This document shows, piece by piece, positions 45,053-54,618 of a stretch of DNA of 64,000 nt. The stretch is from Actinomycetota bacterium (GTDB taxonomy: Bacteria; Actinomycetota; Actinomycetes; Actinomycetales; Microbacteriaceae), in the NCBI GenBank assembly GCA_029865895.1, contig JARXAN010000032.1, forward strand, positions 11,396 to 75,395, written 5' to 3'. The notes under the pieces were generated by a model. That model worked only from the letters and a program-made list of their open reading frames with translations, was not told the origin of the DNA and made no database searches. A program made the position numbers and the translations under genes. The first letter of the stretch is position 1. Every line of letters begins with the position of its first letter.

Positions 45053-47688
45053 TTGATCGCAGCAACTGCTTCTTGGATGGCCTTTGCCAGCTTGGAGGAG
45101 TCAGTTCCGCCACCCTGTGCAAAGTCGGCTTTTCCGCCACCGCCACCGCCAAGCGCTGCAGCTGCAATCTTGGCCAAATCGCCCGCTCGAACTCCCTGTC
45201 GCTGGGCGGCAATTCCGGCGGCAATCATCGCCAGCGGCTTACTAGAGATGGATGCTCCGAGGATAACCACTGAGTCAGCTCCAAGCTGCTCAGATGCCGC
45301 AGCGGTAAGTGCTTTGAGTTGCTCGGCATTTACATCCTGATCGATGTTCACTGCCACCACATTGAGACCTGCGACCTTGGTTGCGGCTGCCACCAGCGAT
45401 GGAAGCAGCTGCATGGCCTGTTGAGCTTCAAGTTCAGCAATTCGCTTCTGTGCGGTCTTCAGTTCATCTAGGGCGTCGTTGATTCTGTTCTCAAGTTCAG
45501 TGGTTGGCGCCTTCACGGTGGCTGCAAGTCGACGCGTAATCTCGCGATCCGCGGTTAGTGACCGAAGCGCATCAATTCCAACGAGGGCTTCGATTCTTCT
45601 TGAACCCGATCCAACCGATGATTCACCGGTCAGGGAAACTAGTCCAATCTGCGATGAACGCATGACGTGGGTACCACCGCAGAGCTCTCGTGACCATGGG
45701 CCACCGACCTGCACGACGCGGACTTCCTCATCGTATGTTTCACCGAAAAGCGCAATCGCTCCCCACTCGCGAGCAGCCGGAAGCGTCATGAACTGCGCAC
45801 TCACAGCCAGATCCGCGCGGATTGCCAAGTTTGACACTTCTTCAATCTCGCTCTTGGTGGCATCAGAAAGGGCTTGAGTCCAGGAGAAGTCAAGTCTCAT
45901 GTAACCAGGGCGGTTATAGGAACCAGACTGCAATGCTTCTGGGCCAAGAACTTGGCGCAGAGCTGCGTGAACAACGTGGGTAGCCGAGTGAGCCTGAGCG
46001 GCACCGAGTCTCCAGTTGGCATCTACCAACGTCTGCGCGTCAGCTCCAACTACGACCTCACCGGAGGTCACTCTTACCTTGTGGGAGAAAAGACCCTTTA
46101 CGGGCTTTTGTACATCGAGCACCTCGAGCTCGAAGCCATCCCCCACGATCCAACCGGCGTCAGCTGCCTGTCCACCGGATTCGGCATACAAAGTGGTTCT
46201 ATCCAGGAACAGCTCACCGAGTTGACCTGCGGACAGACTTGGCACCGAATCGCCATCCCGGATTAGACCTAGCACCTTACCGGAGGTCTTTAGTCCTTCG
46301 TATCCAAGGAACTGAGTCTCGCCTAGGCTTCTGAATTCGCTGTAAACCTGAAGGCCAGCGCCACCGGTCTTCTTGGACTTGGCATCTTGCTTAGCGCGAT
46401 CCTTTTGCTCCTTCATGAGCTCATCGAAGCTATCGCGGTCGACGGTTAGGCCATTCTCTTCGGCAATCTCAACGGTTAGGTCAATTGGGAAGCCATAGGT
46501 GTCGTGCAAAAGGAAAGCGGTTTCAGCAGAAAGGCTAGAGCTTGAACCAGCCATCGCTTCAGAAAGCACAACAAGACCAGCATCCAAAGTCCTGGAGAAC
46601 CCGGTCTCCTCGGCGATTGCTGAGCGAAGCACCCTCGGGAAGCTCTCTTCCAGTTCCGGGTAAGCCTCAACCATGGCGTTTTTGCTGGTGGTGAATAGCT
46701 CTTCGAAACAAGGCCTGTCAACACCAAGCAGTCTTAGCGATCGAACCGAGCGGCGCAGCAAACGTCTCAGAACGTAGCCGCGACCTTCATTCGACGGGGT
46801 CACGCCGTCAGACATCAGCATTAGGGCTGAGCGAATGTGATCGGCGATGACGCGCATGCGCACATCGTCAGATTCGTCAGCACCGTAGGTCTTGCCGGAT
46901 AGTTTCGCTGAAAGATCTACCAGCGGTCTTACCTGGTCAATCTCATAGATGTTCTCAACACCCTGTAGCAAGAACGCAACGCGCTCTAGGCCCATACCGG
47001 TGTCGATGTTCTTCTTTGGTAGATCCCCGAGGATCTCAAAGTGATCTTTGGTGCCGCCATCAGCACGCTCGTACTGCATGAAAACTAGGTTCCAGATCTC
47101 GATGTAGCGATCCTCGTCAGCCTCGGGTCCACCCTCAAGGCCATACTCAGGCCCTCGGTCGTAGTAAATCTCCGAGCAAGGACCAGCTGGGCCACGCTGG
47201 CCAGTAGACCAGTAGTTGTCCCGCATTCCGCGCTTCTGAATACGCTCCCTTGGCACGGAGGATTGCTCCAACCAGTAGCCGATGGCCTCATCGTCATCGT
47301 TGTAGACGGTCACCCACAGTCGCTCAGGATCAAAGCCGAGTCCGCCATCTTCGAGTGAACCGGTCAATAGCTCCCAGGCAAAGCCGATTGCTTCCTTCTT
47401 GAAGTAGTCACCGAAGGAGAAGTTTCCATTCATCTGGAAGAAGGTGCCGTGACGAGTGGTTTTACCGACCTCATCAATGTCCAAGGTTCGCACGCACTTC
47501 TGAACGCTGGTCGCGCGGGCATATGGTGCAGGCAAGACACCTGTCATGTAAGGGATAAACGGAACCATTCCAGCAACCACAAACATTAGGGTCGGGTCTT
47601 GGCTGATCAATGGAGCGCTTGGAACTACGGTGTGACCATTCTTCTCGAAGTAGTCAAGCCACCGCCGCTTGATTTCGGCAGTCTTCAT
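45049..47688 (-). CDS. alaS: Alanine--tRNA ligase
   Basis: RHGTFFQMNGNFSFGDYFK, IDTGMGLER, HSATH, ELCGGTH, GGGGG end. Confidence 0.99.
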   Translation of the reverse strand: MKTAEIKRRWLDYFEKNGHTVVPSAPLISQDPTLMFVVAGMVPFIPYMTGVLPAPYARATSVQKCVRTLDIDEVGKTTRHGTFFQMNGNFSFGDYFKKEAIGFAWELLTGSLEDGGLGFDPERLWVTVYNDDDEAIGYWLEQSSVPRERIQKRGMRDNYWSTGQRGPAGPCSEIYYDRGPEYGLEGGPEADEDRYIEIWNLVFMQYERADGGTKDHFEILGDLPKKNIDTGMGLERVAFLLQGVENIYEIDQVRPLVDLSAKLSGKTYGADESDDVRMRVIADHIRSALMLMSDGVTPSNEGRGYVLRRLLRRSVRSLRLLGVDRPCFEELFTTSKNAMVEAYPELEESFPRVLRSAIAEETGFSRTLDAGLVVLSEAMAGSSSSLSAETAFLLHDTYGFPIDLTVEIAEENGLTVDRDSFDELMKEQKDRAKQDAKSKKTGGAGLQVYSEFRSLGETQFLGYEGLKTSGKVLGLIRDGDSVPSLSAGQLGELFLDRTTLYAESGGQAADAGWIVGDGFELEVLDVQKPVKGLFSHKVRVTSGEVVVGADAQTLVDANWRLGAAQAHSATHVVHAALRQVLGPEALQSGSYNRPGYMRLDFSWTQALSDATKSEIEEVSNLAIRADLAVSAQFMTLPAAREWGAIALFGETYDEEVRVVQVGGPWSRELCGGTHVMRSSQIGLVSLTGESSVGSGSRRIEALVGIDALRSLTADREITRRLAATVKAPTTELENRINDALDELKTAQKRIAELEAQQAMQLLPSLVAAATKVAGLNVVAVNIDQDVNAEQLKALTAAASEQLGADSVVILGASISSKPLAMIAAGIAAQRQGVRAGDLAKIAAAALGGGGGGKADFAQGGGTDSSKLAKAIQEAVAAIK

Positions 47689-47693
47689 CGTGC

Positions 47694-47993
47694 TTACTTC
47701 TTGGCTGGAGCGCGCTTTGCAGCAGGCTTTGCGGCAGCAGGCTTCTTTGCAGCAGGCTTTGCAGCGGCTTTAGCGGCTGGCTTTTTTGCGGCAGGTCTTG
47801 CTGCTGGCTTGGCAACCGGCTTAGTCAGCTCTGCCTCACGCTCTTGGTAGCCGGCGGCAACAGCCTGGCTGAAATCTTTTGCAGCGGCGATTGCCTCATC
47901 GAGAGCAACCTGCGCCTTTGGGTTGTCGCGAAGCTGAATCACTGCCAGGGCGCCTAGGCCAATGCCTGCTGCGAACCATCCGAGTTTTGACAT
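47694..47993 (-). CDS. Small protein with N-terminal membrane helix and Lys/Ala/Pro-rich tail
   Basis: LGWFAAGIGLGALAV helix; SD GGAGG; fills the DUF948-alaS gap with 2- and 5-nt spacers. Confidence 0.85.
   Translation of the reverse strand: MSKLGWFAAGIGLGALAVIQLRDNPKAQVALDEAIAAAKDFSQAVAAGYQEREAELTKPVAKPAARPAAKKPAAKAAAKPAAKKPAAAKPAAKRAPAKK
47697..47825 (-). repeat. Degenerate coding repeat (KPAA/PAAKK units)
   Basis: Encodes KPVAKPAARPAAKKPAAKAAAKPAAKKPAAAKPAAKRAPAKK; repeated gcagcaggctt on the plus strand. Confidence 0.8.
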
Positions 47994-47995
47994 TT

Positions 47996-48343
47996 CTACC
48001 TCCGTTTTCCAATGACTGAGAACAGTCCTTTGGTGACACCAAAAAGCTTAGTTAGCGGGGCTCCCACCGATGCAGTGAAGACAGCGACAAGGCTGTTGAT
48101 GTTTTCAGTTACCTGCTCAACATCCTCGGTGATCGAGTCAATGCGCTTGAGCTGACGGTTAGCCTCGCCGAGAGTGACTCGGGCCTCTTGGAGCATTGGC
48201 TCGAGCTCTTTGTTGACGGTGCTGATGGTGCGAGCACTCTCATCAATTAGTTTTGCAAGCTTCACAAGTGGGAAGCCGATAAAAAGAACGAGCAGGGCGA
48301 AGCTGAGGGCAAAAATTATGCCGACAACCTCGCCACCGCTCAT
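47996..48343 (-). CDS. DUF948 family membrane protein
   Basis: MSGGEV, TM helix, heptad coiled coil (EANRQLKRIDSITEDV), GAPLTK; typical position between rpsD and alaS. Confidence 0.85.
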   Translation of the reverse strand: MSGGEVVGIIFALSFALLVLFIGFPLVKLAKLIDESARTISTVNKELEPMLQEARVTLGEANRQLKRIDSITEDVEQVTENINSLVAVFTASVGAPLTKLFGVTKGLFSVIGKRR

Positions 48344-48352
48344 CAGATTTAC

Positions 48353-48982
48353 TTACCTAGCTGCGTAGTACTCAACAACGAGCTGAACTTCACAGGTAAC
48401 TGGAACTTCAGCGCGCTTTGGACGGCGAACAAGGGTCGCCTGCAACTTGTCTAGGTCAACGCTTAGGTACTCAGGAGTCTTGTTAAGAACGTCTGAGTTT
48501 CCACCGGCAGCTGCAACCTGGAATGGTTCAACCTTCTCGCTCTTGGCGTGAACGTGAATCATCTGGCCAGGCTTGACGCGGAAAGATGGGCGGTCAACGC
48601 GCTCACCATCAACAAGGATGTGGCGGTGAACAACCATCTGACGGGCCTGAGCCATGGTGCGAGCGAAGCCAGAGCGAAGCACTAGAGCGTCAAGACGCAT
48701 TTCTAGTAGCTCTACTAGGTTCTCACCGGTTAGGCCTTCAGTGCGCTTTGCTTCCTGGAAGGTCTTGCGAAGCTGAGCCTCGCGGATACCGTACTGAGCC
48801 CTGAGGCGCTGCTTCTCACGAAGACGAACTGCGTAGTCTGAGTCAGACTTGCGCTTGGTGCGGCCGTGCTGGCCCGGTGCGTACGGGCGCTTTTCCATAT
48901 ACTTAGCAGCTTTAGGAGTAAGTGCGATGCCTAGGGCACGTGACAAACGGGTCTTGCTGCGGGTTCTAGTTGTCTTTGACAA
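48353..48982 (-). CDS. rpsD: 30S ribosomal protein S4
   Basis: APGQHG, SDYAVRLREKQ, LEMRLD, VVEYYAAR; TTG start with GAAAGG SD. Confidence 0.98.
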   Translation of the reverse strand: MSKTTRTRSKTRLSRALGIALTPKAAKYMEKRPYAPGQHGRTKRKSDSDYAVRLREKQRLRAQYGIREAQLRKTFQEAKRTEGLTGENLVELLEMRLDALVLRSGFARTMAQARQMVVHRHILVDGERVDRPSFRVKPGQMIHVHAKSEKVEPFQVAAAGGNSDVLNKTPEYLSVDLDKLQATLVRRPKRAEVPVTCEVQLVVEYYAAR

Positions 48983-49007
48983 AAAGTTACCTTTCGAATT
49001 TATCTAT

Positions 49008-49059
49008 GGGATCTTGCTCTACGTCCCAGCCGCTGGAGCAGAGCAACCCTGAGAGCTTA
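49008..49059 (-). promoter_or_regulatory. Putative rpsD promoter (-10 TAAGCT) and 5' leader hairpin
   Basis: TAAGCT 49059-49054; hairpin UUGCUCU-GC-UCCAG-CGG-CUGGG-AC-GU-AGAGCAA. Confidence 0.55.
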
Positions 49060-49081
49060 GCAGTTTGAGCGCTAGCTGTCA

Positions 49082-50314
49082 CTATCCTTCTAGGATTTCG
49101 CGGATCGCCTTCAGGCGTTCGGCAACCGTCTTCTCGAAACCATGGTTGGAAGGTTCATAGAGCCGATTGGACAGCTCCGAGTATTTTTGTTTGATGATTC
49201 CCCTCGCATCATCGTGCGGGTACTGATAGCCAACCGCACCAGTGGATCTAAGCGGGGCTGGGACTGCTGGGACAGTTCCGGTCTCTAACTCCGCGAGAGC
49301 CTTGTTTATCGCTAAGTATGCTCTGTTGGATTTTGGAGCGGTAGCAAGATAAATGGTCACCTCGGCTAGTGGAATTCGTCCCTCCGGCATGCCGATTCTC
49401 TCAACCACATCAGCTCCAGCACTTGCGATAACCAAAGCGTTGGGGTCTGCAAGCCCGATGTCTTCAGCAGCGAGGATCATCAGCCTTCTGGCGATGAATC
49501 TTGGATCCTCTCCCCCTGCAATCATTCTTGCGAGGTAGTGAATTGCCGAATCCACATCCGACCCACGCACCGACTTGATGAACGCGCTGATGGTGTCGTA
49601 GTGAGCATCGCCAGTTGCATCGTAAGCAATTGCAATCTCACTTGTCGACTTTGCAATCGCAAAGTCGATGGCAGTCTCGGATTGAGCTGCAGCTGCCTCA
49701 AGCAGGGTCAAGGCCCTGCGGGCATCTCCGGATGAGACCTTTGCCAGATAGTCGATGGCCTCTTGAGTGACCTCTTTGCCATTCCAGTCTTTTCGCTCGA
49801 TGGCCCTTCTCAGTAGCGTCGCGATCTCTTCCTCGGTGAGTGGATCGAGTTTTAGAACTAGGCAGCGTGAGACCAGCGGTTTGATGATGCTGAACGAGGG
49901 ATTCTCTGTGGTAGCAGCGATGAGTGTGACTAGTCCCGATTCCACAGCAGAAAGAAGAGAGTCCTGTTGACTCTTTGAAAACCTATGGATCTCATCCAGA
50001 AAGAGGATCGTTGGTCGGTCGTAGACTTCTAAAAGCTTCTTCGCGGAATCGATTACCTCGCGGACATTTGCCACTGTCGCAGAGATCGCACTCAGTTCTA
50101 CGAAGTTTGAATCGCGGGTTTGAGAGATAAGGCGCGCAAGTGTGGTCTTTCCCGAACCTGGTGGCCCCCAGAGGATGATCGAGCTAAGCGGCGAAGCCGG
50201 ATCACCTTCAATTAGTCGACTCAGTGCCGAGCCTGGCTTCGTGATTCGTGCCTGTCCCACCACCTCCTGCAGGGAGGTTGGACGCATACGCGAAGCTAAG
50301 GGAACGGATACCAC
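49082..50314 (-). CDS. rarA: Replication-associated recombination protein A
   Basis: PLASRMRP, WGPPGSGKTT, DEIHRF, ATTENP, SAFIKSVRGSD. Confidence 0.96.
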   Translation of the reverse strand: MVSVPLASRMRPTSLQEVVGQARITKPGSALSRLIEGDPASPLSSIILWGPPGSGKTTLARLISQTRDSNFVELSAISATVANVREVIDSAKKLLEVYDRPTILFLDEIHRFSKSQQDSLLSAVESGLVTLIAATTENPSFSIIKPLVSRCLVLKLDPLTEEEIATLLRRAIERKDWNGKEVTQEAIDYLAKVSSGDARRALTLLEAAAAQSETAIDFAIAKSTSEIAIAYDATGDAHYDTISAFIKSVRGSDVDSAIHYLARMIAGGEDPRFIARRLMILAAEDIGLADPNALVIASAGADVVERIGMPEGRIPLAEVTIYLATAPKSNRAYLAINKALAELETGTVPAVPAPLRSTGAVGYQYPHDDARGIIKQKYSELSNRLYEPSNHGFEKTVAERLKAIREILEG

Positions 50315-50368
50315 TTGTTGATTGTATGCAACGCCTAGAATTACTACCTGCGGATAGACAAGGGTGTT

Positions 50369-51121
50369 ATGAAGAACAATGACAAGCTGGCAAGTTTCCA
50401 GGCCAAGCAGGGAATCAAGGTAGAGCGCGAAGGTATTCGTCGCAGGGATAACCGTCTCGCACTGATCGTCTCTGGAGCCGCAATCGCTCTTGCGGTGGTA
50501 GGACAGCTGCTTTACTTCTCTGTCGGACCAGGCTTTGTTACTCCAATCGAGGAACTGATCAGCGAGGAGGCGACTCCAACCCAGACTAACTCCGATTTGG
50601 TTCCGGACCCATCGATTGCCGAAGGCCGCACATGGACTGGCTCGCTGAACCTAAACGATCAGAGCATTGGAGTAGAGCTTTACGGTGATTTGGCACCGCA
50701 GGCCACGGCAAACTTCGTCTCCTTGGCCAAGGATGGCTACTTTGAGGGAGTTAGCTGCCACCGACTTACCACCGCAGGCATCTACGTCCTGCAGTGTGGT
50801 GACCCAGAGGGCACCGGAACCGGTGGACCCGGCTACACCTTCGGACCAATCGAGAACGCTCCAATGGACGACATGTATGGCGAGGGCCTTTTGGCGATGG
50901 CAAGAGTTGGAGGCGATGGTTACTCAATGGGCAGCCAGTTCTTCATCGTTTACGGCAGCTCTCAGATCCTTAGCGACGCTGCCGGTGGTTACACGGTGTT
51001 TGGAAAGGTCACTTCCGGCCTAGACGCCGTGAAGGCAATTGCCGCCGCGGGAACAGCAGATGGCTCCAGTGATGGAGCTCCGATTAATGCCGTTTCCCTC
51101 AGTGGTATTTCGGTAGAGTAA
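50369..51121 (+). CDS. Membrane-anchored cyclophilin-type peptidyl-prolyl isomerase (PpiB-like)
   Basis: TM helix then CHRL, LQCGDP..GTGGPGY, GSQFFIV, YTVFGKV. Confidence 0.93.
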   Translation: MKNNDKLASFQAKQGIKVEREGIRRRDNRLALIVSGAAIALAVVGQLLYFSVGPGFVTPIEELISEEATPTQTNSDLVPDPSIAEGRTWTGSLNLNDQSIGVELYGDLAPQATANFVSLAKDGYFEGVSCHRLTTAGIYVLQCGDPEGTGTGGPGYTFGPIENAPMDDMYGEGLLAMARVGGDGYSMGSQFFIVYGSSQILSDAAGGYTVFGKVTSGLDAVKAIAAAGTADGSSDGAPINAVSLSGISVE

Positions 51122-51145
51122 AACCTCACACCTTAGGAGATCCCC

Positions 51146-52360
51146 GTGACCAGCAACGCATTCGGCCGCGTCGACAGCGAGAACAACGTATTCGTTATCG
51201 AAGCAGGCGTCGAAAGACTCGTTGGCCAGTACCCAAACGTCAGCGAAGCTGACGCACTTGCCTACTTTGTCCGCAAATTCCAAGACCTAGAGGCACAGGT
51301 GCGAATCCTGGAGCAACGTCTAGCGTCCGGTGTGACTGATGCCAAGAGCCTGAAGGCCGCATATGATCACCTGCTGGTTGAGCTCAAGGAGCCAAAGGCA
51401 GTGGGAAACCTAGTTTCTCTTCGTGAGCGACTAGCGAAGACTGAGCCGGCAATCAAGAACGCCGCGGAGAAAATCTCAGCCGAGCGCGAGGAAGTAACTG
51501 CGGCAGCACTGGTTTCCAGGGAAGAAATTGCCGTCAAGGCAGAGGCACTGGTTGCCAAGCTGGACAACATCAACTGGAAGAAGTCTGCCGAGCAGATGAC
51601 TGCCCTATTCGAGCAGTGGCAGCAGCTTCAGAAGGAAGGCCCAAAGCTTCCTAAGGCTAAGACCGATCCGATCTGGAAGCGTTTCTCACAGGCTCGTGCA
51701 AAATTTGAGAGCGGACGTCGCGCATACTTTGCAACCCTTGATTCAAAGTTCAAAGAAGCCAAGTCTGCAAAGTCGAAGCTTGTTGAAGCAGCGGAAGCTC
51801 TAGTTGCAAAGGGTGGCGACGCAGCTCTTAGCTATCGCAAGCTCCAGGACGACTGGAAGCTGGCTCCTCGCGCCGGTAAGGCTGAGGATGCGCTTTGGGC
51901 ACGATTCCGCGCAGCGGGAGATGCAATCTTTGCCGCCAAGAAGGAAAAGGATTCCGAGCAAGCCATTGAGCACTCCGAGAACCTCAAGCTCAAGCTGGAG
52001 CTTCTCAAAGAGGCCGACAAGATCGACACCAAGAACCTCGAGGCAGCCAAGAAGGCTATGTCAGACATCCAGGCTCGCTGGGTGAAGATTGGACACGTCC
52101 CTAAGGACAAGGTTCGCGAGGTTGAGGACAAGCTTCGCAAGGTCGAGAAAGCAATCTCCGAGGCTCAGGCTGATGCTTGGAAGCGTTCGGACCCGACTGC
52201 TAAGGCTCGCAGCAGCTCGCTGGTGATTCAGCTAGAGGGCGCAATTGCAGATCTAGAAGCCGAACTGAAGGCTGCTCCAGCTGCCAAGAAGAAAGACATT
52301 CAGGCATCGATCGATGCCCGCAAGTCCTGGCTTGATGCTGCGATTAAAGCTGTCGACTAA
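51146..52360 (+). CDS. DUF349 repeat protein
   Basis: FGRVD...VGQYP N-domain and helical repeats (IWKRFSQAR, LWARFRAA, WVKIGHVP); SD AGGAG. Confidence 0.9.
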   Translation: MTSNAFGRVDSENNVFVIEAGVERLVGQYPNVSEADALAYFVRKFQDLEAQVRILEQRLASGVTDAKSLKAAYDHLLVELKEPKAVGNLVSLRERLAKTEPAIKNAAEKISAEREEVTAAALVSREEIAVKAEALVAKLDNINWKKSAEQMTALFEQWQQLQKEGPKLPKAKTDPIWKRFSQARAKFESGRRAYFATLDSKFKEAKSAKSKLVEAAEALVAKGGDAALSYRKLQDDWKLAPRAGKAEDALWARFRAAGDAIFAAKKEKDSEQAIEHSENLKLKLELLKEADKIDTKNLEAAKKAMSDIQARWVKIGHVPKDKVREVEDKLRKVEKAISEAQADAWKRSDPTAKARSSSLVIQLEGAIADLEAELKAAPAAKKKDIQASIDARKSWLDAAIKAVD

Positions 52361-54588
52361 GAGCTTTTTACTCTCGATACTTCGTAAACCGCTTCGATCT
52401 TTCTCACCTGGTTCAACAGGTGATCTAGATGCGATGGATCTGCCATTTCAAAAACAAATCGACTGAGCGCAACGCGGTCTCTTCCGGTGGAGACGGCAGC
52501 ACTGAGGATGTTGACGTGGTTCTCACTGAGCACCCTTGTGACATCTGAAAGCAGTCCGGATCGGTCAAGAGCCTCGATCTGAATCTGGACCATGAAGACG
52601 CCTCTTGAGTCTTCTGACCAGGAAACTTCGACCACGCGCTGTGGATTCAAGCTCTTTACGTTCTTGCAGTCACCGCGGTGCACTGAGACTCCCTCACCGC
52701 GAGTAATGAATCCAACAATCTCATCCCCCGGCACCGGTGTGCAGCAACGTGCCATCTTGGTGAGTACATCGGGTGAGCCCTTTACCAAGACACCTTGGCT
52801 GGATTTTCTCTGAAGTTTCAATACCTTCGGGGTCTGCGGGAGCGTTATCTCCTCGGTGTCGGGATCTCCAACCAGACCCCTGAGCTGCTTGATGCGCTCA
52901 ATAACTGTCCCGGTGGAGATTTGTCCCTGACCAATCGCCGTGAATAGCGAATTGATGTCAGAGAGCTTCTGCTCCCCCACGATCTGCAACAGGGTCTCGG
53001 AGTTCAGAAGGCTCTGAATCGGCAACCCTGAGCGCCTCAGGGCCTTTACTAGAGCCTCTTTGCCGTCTTCGGTTGCGTGTTCCTTGCGCTCCTGGGTAAA
53101 CCAGTGCTTGATCTTCGCTCGCGCGCTGGCAGAACCAACAAAGTTGAGCCAGTCCTTGCTTGGCGCGGCCGATTCTGACTTGGAGGTGAGGATCTCAACC
53201 ACATCTCCGGCTTGCAACTTGCTTTCGAGCGGAACTAAACGACCATTTACCTTGGCGCCTATGGTGCGGTGACCGACTTGGGTGTGAACCGCGTAGGCGA
53301 AGTCAACCGGCGTTGAACCGGCAGAAAGGCCGACAACCTTGCCCTTGGGCGTGAAGACATAGAGCTCTTTGGCTCCGATTTCAAAGCGTAGGTTGTCTAA
53401 GAACTCACCTGGATCAGCGGTCTCTTCCTGCCAGTCGCTCAGCTGCTTGAGCCACGCGAGGTCTACTTCGTCCTCGCCAGCCTTGCCGGCCTGCGCCTTG
53501 TACTTCCAGTGGGCAGCAACGCCGTATTCAGCCCGCTGATCCATCTCTTGGGTGCGGATCTGAATCTCGACCGCCCTACCCTCTGGACCGACCACAGTGG
53601 TGTGGAGGGATTGGTAGAGGTTGAACTTTGGCATCGCGATGTAGTCCTTGAAGCGACCGGGAAGCGGTGACCACTTTGCGTGGATTGAGCCAAGCGCTGC
53701 GTAGCAGTCTCTAACGCTCGAAACAATCACGCGAATGCCAACCAGGTCGTAGATGTCATCGAACTCGCGGCCACGCAACACCATCTTTTGATAGATGCTG
53801 TAGTACTGCTTTGGCCGGCCCGAGAGCTTTGCCTTGACCTTGCCTTCTCTAAGCTCACCGGCAATGTCGTCGATCACCTTCTCGGTGTATTCGCTGCGCG
53901 ATGGATTGCGCTGTCCAACAAGGCTCACTATTTCCTCGTAAACCTTTGGATAGAGAACGGCGAAGCTGATGTCCTCAAGCTCTACCTTGATTGCGCTGAT
54001 GCCGAGCCTGTGCGCTAGCGGAGCATATATTTCCAGCGTCTCCTGAGCTTTGCGCTTGGCAGACTCTGGGCTTACAAAGCCCCAGGTACGAGCGTTGTGA
54101 AGACGGTCGGCAAGTTTGATGACCAGGACTCGAACGTCTTTAGACATCGCAACAACCATCTTGCGCATGGTTTCGGACTGAGCGGAGTCTCCGAACTTGA
54201 CCCGATCGAGTTTGGTTACGCCATCGACTAAGAGGCCAACCTCGTCCCCAAAGTCCTGCTGCAGCTGTTCAATCGAATAGCTGGTGTCCTCAACGGTGTC
54301 ATGCAGTAGTGCCGCGGCAATGGTTGCAGGACCCGAACCCAGGTCAGCAAGAATCCGCGCAACTGCCAGTGGGTGCGTAATGTAATCCTCGCCCGATTTA
54401 CGCTTCTGTCCGGTGTGGTGAAGTTCGGCAGTTTTGTAGGCCCGCTCAATAAATGCCGGATCGGCCTTGGGGTGGTTTAGGCGAACGATTTTGATCAGAT
54501 CATTGAGGTCCGATGAGTACGCCGTTGAAGACCTAGTGAATATTCTGGGCAACCTCGACCGCAACGACGATGCGATGCTGTCAGTCAA
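52357..54588 (-). CDS. relA: Bifunctional (p)ppGpp synthetase/hydrolase Rel
   Basis: LLHDTVED hydrolase, RFKDYI and EIQIRT synthetase, TGS, CC and ACT domains; SD GAGGAG, TTG start. Confidence 0.97.
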   Translation of the reverse strand: MTDSIASSLRSRLPRIFTRSSTAYSSDLNDLIKIVRLNHPKADPAFIERAYKTAELHHTGQKRKSGEDYITHPLAVARILADLGSGPATIAAALLHDTVEDTSYSIEQLQQDFGDEVGLLVDGVTKLDRVKFGDSAQSETMRKMVVAMSKDVRVLVIKLADRLHNARTWGFVSPESAKRKAQETLEIYAPLAHRLGISAIKVELEDISFAVLYPKVYEEIVSLVGQRNPSRSEYTEKVIDDIAGELREGKVKAKLSGRPKQYYSIYQKMVLRGREFDDIYDLVGIRVIVSSVRDCYAALGSIHAKWSPLPGRFKDYIAMPKFNLYQSLHTTVVGPEGRAVEIQIRTQEMDQRAEYGVAAHWKYKAQAGKAGEDEVDLAWLKQLSDWQEETADPGEFLDNLRFEIGAKELYVFTPKGKVVGLSAGSTPVDFAYAVHTQVGHRTIGAKVNGRLVPLESKLQAGDVVEILTSKSESAAPSKDWLNFVGSASARAKIKHWFTQERKEHATEDGKEALVKALRRSGLPIQSLLNSETLLQIVGEQKLSDINSLFTAIGQGQISTGTVIERIKQLRGLVGDPDTEEITLPQTPKVLKLQRKSSQGVLVKGSPDVLTKMARCCTPVPGDEIVGFITRGEGVSVHRGDCKNVKSLNPQRVVEVSWSEDSRGVFMVQIQIEALDRSGLLSDVTRVLSENHVNILSAAVSTGRDRVALSRFVFEMADPSHLDHLLNQVRKIEAVYEVSRVKSS

Positions 54589-54618
54589 GGCTCACTCCTC
54601 TATCTGGTAGAGAGAAGT

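Noticed and set aside
47689-47693. T-box before alaS or SAM riboswitch before metK
   Set aside because: The gaps are only 5 and 21 nt, too short for either element.
47697-47825. Short repeats as a possible CRISPR or VNTR
   Set aside because: No spacers or cas genes; the repeat is degenerate in DNA and explained by the peptide repeat.
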